A DNA stretch of 14,215 nt, from contig JBHHUM010000055.1 of the NCBI GenBank assembly GCA_046861645.1, positions 1 to 14,215 of the forward strand, given 5' to 3'. Shown piece after piece: positions 8,877 through 14,215 of this stretch (its first letter is position 1; each line of letters opens with the position of its first letter). Below the pieces are notes generated by a model. That model ran no database searches, was not told the origin of the DNA, and worked only from the letters and a program-made list of their open reading frames with translations. This DNA comes from Fidelibacterota bacterium. GTDB lineage: Bacteria > Fidelibacterota > Marinisomatia > Marinisomatales > UBA2128. Both the position numbers and the translations under genes were made by a program.

Positions 8877-10739
8877 TTAATGATTCGCCACTATAGTGGT
8901 TATGACTGGTAACATCCATCCCTGCTGACGCAACCAACCCTCTGCTTCAACTTTCCTGCGCAAGTTGATCAGGAAAGTCAGAAGATCACCATTTTTTAAT
9001 TTTATGTTATCATCTACCGGATGGACTTTACTATTGTGATGATATACCAATGGTAATACCAGATTTTCCATAGAGGAAGAGATCAGATCGGGTTTATCAC
9101 CAGAAGATCCAGTCCATTCCCTGGTCTGAAGTTCAACCTGTCCCTGTTTCAGTCTAACAGACCACACTTCCAAATCTCTCGGTCTGGCAAAAAGAATAGA
9201 ACCTCCAATATTATGTACCATTTCAGGTGTTACACCTTCTAGTCCTGATTTTAATCCTACAAGTAGATGTGGTACTTTGCCCTCTTCTTTAGCTTTTTGG
9301 GCAAAAAGAAGATTAACTTCTTCATTGGGAGTGAGACTTATTATCCCGTAACGTGTATCGATTTCCGCCCGGAGCAAGGTCCTTTCCTCCAACGCATTAC
9401 CATAAATGACCCTGTATCCTTCCTCTTCAGCCTGGCGACACGCAGCTGGGTCTTCATCGATACATACTACTTCCTCACCATAATCATTCAAAAGACTTGC
9501 CAGCTTACGTCCTATTTCGTTAATACCCAGGATTATCCAACCCATGTTACTGGGTCGTCTTAGATTGAGAATACCAGCAACAGTTCCACCGGTCAACCCA
9601 GCAAGGATGACCGTTACAGCGATTACAAAAAATACCATTGCTCTTAATTCTCCAGAAGCAGTGACTCCGTGGACTTCCAGTTCAATAGCAAATAGAGAAG
9701 CAATAGCAGCTGCAACAATTCCTCTTGGTGCCACCAAGGATAGAAAAACCTTTTGTTTGAAATTCAGATCAGAACCGTAAGTCCCTACGGCAATATTTAA
9801 CGGTCGCACTACTAAAATAAGTGTTGCTACAGTGAGAATCCCACCTATCCCGAGAGAATGAATGTCTGTTAACCGTACATCCGCTGCCAGTAATACAAAC
9901 AACATTCCAATAAGCATCACTGTTAACTGTTCCTTGAATTCATGGAGTTCTCGCTGTACAACGGTTTTAGTATTACCTACCACCAATCCAGCGACGGTGA
10001 CAGTTACAATTCCACTCTCAGGCTGGAGGACATTCGTACCATAATAAAGCACGAAAACGAGAGACAGAGTAAAAACATTTTCCAATCCCTCTGGTACCAG
10101 ATTCCTGAAGCGCAGTAAACCAGCCACAACAAATCCACCAATAAGACCAAACAGTGCACCAGCACCGATTCGAATGACAATATGCCAGATTCCTTTAGCG
10201 AATGTGGCTCCAGATGGACTGAGTGCCACCTCCAGGGCAACTACGGCCACGATAGCACCAATGGCATCCAGAAAAACACCCTCTGCTTCCAGTACTGTTC
10301 CTACTGATCGGCGCAACTTGATCCGGCGCAGCAATGGGGTGATGACCGTGGGTCCGGTCACAATCACTAACGTCCCGAAAAGTGTAGCAATCTTCCACTC
10401 CCACCCGAGGAACAGCTTTGCCGCCAACATTCCTCCAATCGCACTGACCAACGCTCCAACGGTAATGAGTTGGCGAATAGTCCTCCCCTCCCGCCGGATG
10501 CGGGCAATACGAAGGTTCATTCCACCTTCGAACAGAATCACCGCCACAGCAAAGCCTACCAGGATTGTCAGACCTGAACCGAGACTGGTGGGATGGACTA
10601 CATTGGCCACATCTGGTCCAAGGAGAACTCCTGTAGCAAGAAGTAGCACAATCCCAGGGATGTGGAGATGTCGTGCCAAAGCTTGGGCAATCATTCCGGC
10701 AGCTATTGCGATGGCAGTTGTGAGAGCTGGGTTATTCAT
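8877..10739 (-). CDS. CPA1 (NhaP/CvrA-like) cation:proton antiporter with C-terminal RCK/TrkA-N domain, 620 aa
   Basis: About 12-13 hydrophobic segments with CPA1 motifs ILFEGG, VTGPTVI, LEAEGVFLDAIG, APRGIVAAAIAS; Rossmann-like WIILGINEIGR..VVCIDED..VIYGNAL after the membrane domain. Confidence 0.9.
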   Translation of the reverse strand: MNNPALTTAIAIAAGMIAQALARHLHIPGIVLLLATGVLLGPDVANVVHPTSLGSGLTILVGFAVAVILFEGGMNLRIARIRREGRTIRQLITVGALVSAIGGMLAAKLFLGWEWKIATLFGTLVIVTGPTVITPLLRRIKLRRSVGTVLEAEGVFLDAIGAIVAVVALEVALSPSGATFAKGIWHIVIRIGAGALFGLIGGFVVAGLLRFRNLVPEGLENVFTLSLVFVLYYGTNVLQPESGIVTVTVAGLVVGNTKTVVQRELHEFKEQLTVMLIGMLFVLLAADVRLTDIHSLGIGGILTVATLILVVRPLNIAVGTYGSDLNFKQKVFLSLVAPRGIVAAAIASLFAIELEVHGVTASGELRAMVFFVIAVTVILAGLTGGTVAGILNLRRPSNMGWIILGINEIGRKLASLLNDYGEEVVCIDEDPAACRQAEEEGYRVIYGNALEERTLLRAEIDTRYGIISLTPNEEVNLLFAQKAKEEGKVPHLLVGLKSGLEGVTPEMVHNIGGSILFARPRDLEVWSVRLKQGQVELQTREWTGSSGDKPDLISSSMENLVLPLVYHHNSKVHPVDDNIKLKNGDLLTFLINLRRKVEAEGWLRQQGWMLPVITTIVANH

Positions 10740-10856
10740 CTGATTGGATTGTCATATTTATAAGGGTAAGACGAATTTACAAATCAACCTGAAATATTAA
10801 AGGATTCGTTTTTCCTTTTGTTTACTCCAAGATCCAAGTTGCGACGCAACTAAAAC

Positions 10857-12287
10857 TTAGAAGGAAATATTATATCGCACATCTCTTCTCAAAAGATTGC
10901 GGACACCTGTTAATGACTTTCGTGCACTTTGGGCTGTGTACCGATTAAGGATAGATAAAGCTATATGATGTCTGTCATCAAAAAGAAGCTCTAATACTTC
11001 TCTCTCAACTTCCTCCTGATGCTTCATTATATCAGCAGTCATATCTTTTGCCAGTTTTCTGAATGCTATCCTGTTTTTTTCTGTAGATTTATCAATACTG
11101 AGCTGAAGCATACGATATTTCCACCAGACTGACTGACGATCGTCTTTAGCAGAATCATGACTAAATCCTCCGGGGATTCGTGTTGTGCCAGCATAAAGTG
11201 GAAAATAACTACTGTAAGCAGGAGTTGCCATTGTATACCACAGAACCGAACCTACAGCAACTGGTAAGCCTTTTCTAAGGTGAGCAACAAATGAAGACTG
11301 ACATAGATTCGTACAGATAGGGCGTCTGACGCCAAGCTTGTAGCAGTTTATTCTGGTGGGTTCATATTCTGCAGGGGGAGTGTAAGCAGGAGTACCGTGG
11401 AAGCGGTCTCTAAGAACAGTCATTAAGTCAGATGGAGTGATCCTTCCCTTTTTCTTTTCGATGATCCTCACTACCCGGTTTTCACGTTCAATATCGTACT
11501 GCTCATTCATTCGGGGAGGAAATCCATATGCGTCATTAAAGTTGAACGCACCATCTCCAGGATTATACCACCCTTTTTCCTCAGCGAATTCAATGATATC
11601 TGAGCTGGCAAGATCGTAATCGTTCCCAATTTGAAAACGGTTTGCTACAGTTATTATTTCATCATCATGAAGTTTTTTCGCAACCCAATGCTTGGAGGTT
11701 GTCTCTACAATCCATCCGGAATTGGGATCAGCAAGAACGTAAATCAATCCACCCCAATCTGCCTGACCATATTTTTCGATAAAACTACCTATCAACAATA
11801 CAGCTTCTTCCGTAGTTGAGCACCTTTCCAGAATCATTTGACGAATCGCATATCTTCTAATGCCTTTTTCTACCAGATTCTCTTCCTTGGAATAAGCCCA
11901 ATTACAACTCATTGTCAAACCGTGTTCGTTCATTCCAATTAATATGTTATCGTAAGGGAGAGTCTCTTTTGAAAGCTCCTCTTTCTGAACATTCCGAGCA
12001 TTCCCAGATGCCCAATAAGCGTAAGTGTGAGAAGATTGAGGGATTTCCATATATGGAACCGTAACCATTTCACCCGGATTGTAATTCTTAGATGATACAT
12101 GCCATAACCTTCCTGCAATAGAGACACCCATGTCTTCGTTATGTGCATGAATAATAGAACCATCCGCTGTCAGATTGCGACCCACTAAAACGGTTGTGCA
12201 TGGTATCACCGTCTCCTGAATCAGGAAAAAAGTGAAGCAGTAAAAGAATGATTTTATCGAAGGATTAATTGTCGCAGCTAATTTCAA
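10857..12287 (-). CDS. Peptidase C69 family dipeptidase (Ntn hydrolase), probably secreted, 476 aa
   Basis: Signal-like N-terminus followed by the nucleophile motif CTTVLVGRNLTADGSIIHAHNED; GMNEHGL; ADPNSGWIVE; VANRFQI; RPIC; YFPLY. TTG start directly abuts the stop of the upstream gene. Confidence 0.88.
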   Translation of the reverse strand: MKLAATINPSIKSFFYCFTFFLIQETVIPCTTVLVGRNLTADGSIIHAHNEDMGVSIAGRLWHVSSKNYNPGEMVTVPYMEIPQSSHTYAYWASGNARNVQKEELSKETLPYDNILIGMNEHGLTMSCNWAYSKEENLVEKGIRRYAIRQMILERCSTTEEAVLLIGSFIEKYGQADWGGLIYVLADPNSGWIVETTSKHWVAKKLHDDEIITVANRFQIGNDYDLASSDIIEFAEEKGWYNPGDGAFNFNDAYGFPPRMNEQYDIERENRVVRIIEKKKGRITPSDLMTVLRDRFHGTPAYTPPAEYEPTRINCYKLGVRRPICTNLCQSSFVAHLRKGLPVAVGSVLWYTMATPAYSSYFPLYAGTTRIPGGFSHDSAKDDRQSVWWKYRMLQLSIDKSTEKNRIAFRKLAKDMTADIMKHQEEVEREVLELLFDDRHHIALSILNRYTAQSARKSLTGVRNLLRRDVRYNISF

Positions 12288-14159
12288 TTATTTTAATAAT
12301 ACTACCTTACGGACTATTTTTCTATCTAAATGTTGCAGCACAATAAAATAGACTCCACTTGAGACATCGCTCGCATTCCACACTACCTCGTGGTTACCGC
12401 TCATCAGTTTACCCCGCCTGACTGACGCAGTCGGGCTGGCACTCACCAATTCCGCAACTTCCCTTCCGAGAACATCATAAACCGAAAGACGAACATCTGC
12501 ATCTTCAGGAAGTTGAAAACGGATTGTGGTAGAAGCATTAAAAGGATTGGGAAATGCCGGATAGAGCCGAAATTGTTCAGGTAGAGAGACCTCATCGTCT
12601 ACGTTAGGTCCAGCAGTGTATCCAAAGATGTCCACCACTCGCGGCATGTGATCAGAAGCGAGATAAATGTCCCATTCCTCTAGACCGTATTGTATCAGTT
12701 CCTCAGAACTCATGGCCATTGTATTGAGTACGAAATGCTTATCGAGAGATACCCTGCTGTCAGAGTAGAGAATGTAGTCGAGTTTGCCGGGACTGAATGA
12801 GCTTCCATCGTTTCGCCAAGTATAACCCATTCTAATTCCAGTGTGGTGTGAGAAGAGGTCAGTTATAGGCGAGCCGTCCCAGTCAGGTCCGAAGTCTTCT
12901 CCGTAGATGTTTTCATCTAAGATATCCCCTTCAATAAGCGTAACTAACTGCTGATGATATCCCACAAAATTAAAGTCACCCACATGGAAGATGGGAGTAT
13001 CCATCTCCAGATAAAAAGGTCCAGTCGAATTATCCGGTTTCATCCACTCCCGCATGAGCCCCATGAGCTCATCTACCTGCTGCTGACGCTCCTCATTGGC
13101 ACCACAGCAACTGAAGTGAGAATTAATGATAAGAGTATTGATCCCATAATCAGCTTCCGTATCAAGAAGCACAGCCATTGATCTCCACGAACTGGTAAGC
13201 ACAGTTTCTTCGAGGATAGGAAATCGAGAGATCACATAATTCCCGCCCCACTCACCACTAACGTACCACACTCCGGGAATCCATTCTGTCATGAGTGTCG
13301 CTATCTCCTCCTTCTCCCCCAAAGCCTCCTGGACAGCGAGAATATCTGGATTCAAAGCGGGAATGATGCGGTCGAAATATGCTTGTCGGTCTTCATCGAA
13401 AAAGCCGTTAGAGAGAATATTATAGGTCATCAGGCGAATCTGATTGGGTTCAGATCGCTCCAAAGGAGTGTGTTCAGGAGGTGGGACGTATGTAGTGTCA
13501 ATCGTATAAGCTACACCGCCAGGGTCATCAGGAAGGTAGTCTCCCCCATCCTCATTGACCAGTGCAACCTTGATATTTGAAACCTCCTGACTTCCATCCA
13601 TAGTGAGCGGCATGCTCTCACGGCTAATGCACCACTCGAACCGTTCGCCAGTGATAGTCGGAGCGCTCCGTAAGGAGAGATCGTTCTGCCAGATCTGGAT
13701 GATACCATCCTGAATGTAAAACGAGCCCAAGCGGCAGCCGAAACACCAGTCTAGCTCTGCTCCGATTCCATAGATGGGGTGTCCTGTGGCGGCATCGTCA
13801 TCTGCATCAATATAGAGATGGATGTTGTTCCAGTCCTGCATGAGCTGTTCGCCATCGAGGAACTCCAACGAGAAGAAGATGAAATCGTTATCGTTGGTTA
13901 TTTTCAGTTGTCCAAAGTCGCCGCTGATTCCATCACCTTCGGGATCGTCATAAATCACAGAAACTTCTTCCCAATCGATGAACAGTCCGTCCATAGCGAT
14001 TGGATGAGATGCTTGAAGGATTTGGAATAAGGAGAAGAGAAAGATAAAGGTATAAGGTTTTAGTAGTTGTATATCATTATCTGAACCGTGATTTGCCTGA
14101 TTTACATGATTTTCTTGATTTCCTAAAATCGTGTTTAATCCTGAAATCTTGTTAATCAT
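12288..14159 (-). CDS. Secreted endonuclease/exonuclease/phosphatase (EEP) family protein with N-terminal DOMON/CBM9-like beta domain and C-terminal T9SS type A-like sorting domain (start uncertain)
   Basis: EEP motifs RLMTYNI, PDILAVQE, NSHFSCC, VGDFN, LDYILYS, SDHMP. N-terminal MDGLFIDW..LYIDADDDAATG domain. Tail LYPAFPNPFNASTTIRFQL..VYDVLGREV..SSGVYF..KVVLLK. Signal peptide KPYTFIFLFSLFQILQA at about aa 35-51; the first ~27 aa are encoded by the repeat at 14080-14167. Confidence 0.88.
   Translation of the reverse strand: MINKISGLNTILGNQENHVNQANHGSDNDIQLLKPYTFIFLFSLFQILQASHPIAMDGLFIDWEEVSVIYDDPEGDGISGDFGQLKITNDNDFIFFSLEFLDGEQLMQDWNNIHLYIDADDDAATGHPIYGIGAELDWCFGCRLGSFYIQDGIIQIWQNDLSLRSAPTITGERFEWCISRESMPLTMDGSQEVSNIKVALVNEDGGDYLPDDPGGVAYTIDTTYVPPPEHTPLERSEPNQIRLMTYNILSNGFFDEDRQAYFDRIIPALNPDILAVQEALGEKEEIATLMTEWIPGVWYVSGEWGGNYVISRFPILEETVLTSSWRSMAVLLDTEADYGINTLIINSHFSCCGANEERQQQVDELMGLMREWMKPDNSTGPFYLEMDTPIFHVGDFNFVGYHQQLVTLIEGDILDENIYGEDFGPDWDGSPITDLFSHHTGIRMGYTWRNDGSSFSPGKLDYILYSDSRVSLDKHFVLNTMAMSSEELIQYGLEEWDIYLASDHMPRVVDIFGYTAGPNVDDEVSLPEQFRLYPAFPNPFNASTTIRFQLPEDADVRLSVYDVLGREVAELVSASPTASVRRGKLMSGNHEVVWNASDVSSGVYFIVLQHLDRKIVRKVVLLK
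12413..12439. repeat. 27-bp palindromic in-frame micro-insertion (REP-like hairpin) inside the EEP sorting domain
   Basis: CCCGCCTGACTG-ACG-CAGTCGGGCTGG: 12-position stem with 10 Watson-Crick pairs, one G-T and one mismatch, and a 3-nt loop. Deleting it converts ELVSASPTASVRRGKLMSG to ELVSGKLMSG. Confidence 0.75.
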
Positions 14160-14215
14160 GGTTCAGACGTCTTTTAATCATGCCCATCCTATTAATCTTA
14201 AGAATCAAGGTTCAG
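14080..14215. repeat. Inverted repeat of ~9-bp-periodic GATT/AATC blocks (14080-14167) plus a second copy of the right arm (14176-14215, running off the window)
   Basis: TCTGAACCGTGATT(14080-14093) versus AATCATGGTTCAGA(14154-14167) is 13/14 complementary. GATT at 14090, 14099, 14108, 14117; AATC at 14127, 14137, 14145, 14154. Second arm AATC/CATC at 14176, 14185, 14194, 14203, ending AAGGTTCAG. Confidence 0.85.

Noticed and set aside
10174..10743. 189-aa plus-strand ORF (and the other short plus/minus ORFs nested in the large genes)
   Set aside because: Antisense or alternate-frame shadows of well-supported genes, with no recognisable motifs; expected in GC-richer, hydrophobic-codon regions.
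14080..14215. CRISPR array or intrinsic terminator
   Set aside because: Units are ~9 bp with 4-bp conserved cores, there are no 25-45-bp repeats with unique spacers, no cas genes, and no compact GC stem with a U-tract.

Overview
Eight co-oriented minus-strand genes from what looks like an FCB-group bacterium; the T9SS-type C-terminal sorting domain and gene set would fit Marinimicrobia/Ignavibacteria-like lineages, but this taxonomy is inference. In transcription order (right to left): a secreted EEP-family nuclease/phosphatase with a T9SS-type tail, a C69 dipeptidase, a CPA1 cation:proton antiporter with an RCK/TrkA-N domain, a probable outer-membrane beta-barrel, rsmE, a HIT nucleotide hydrolase, smc, and a 980-aa receiver-like/PPDK_N fusion lacking the PEP-synthase catalytic domains. 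The proteins are mostly ordinary. The interesting signal is three different small structured DNA elements. (1) The window starts inside a probable integron attC site (1-56). (2) A 27-bp GC-rich hairpin sits in-frame within the sorting domain of the EEP gene (12413-12439), and removing it restores canonical domain spacing. (3) The window ends in a ladder-like inverted repeat of ~9-bp-periodic GATT/AATC blocks closed by TCTGAACC...GGTTCAGA, with a duplicated right arm; it supplies the only in-frame ATG upstream of the EEP signal peptide. Both window ends fall inside such elements, suggesting they are multi-copy and break the assembly. No integrase, transposase, RNA gene or CRISPR array is visible.
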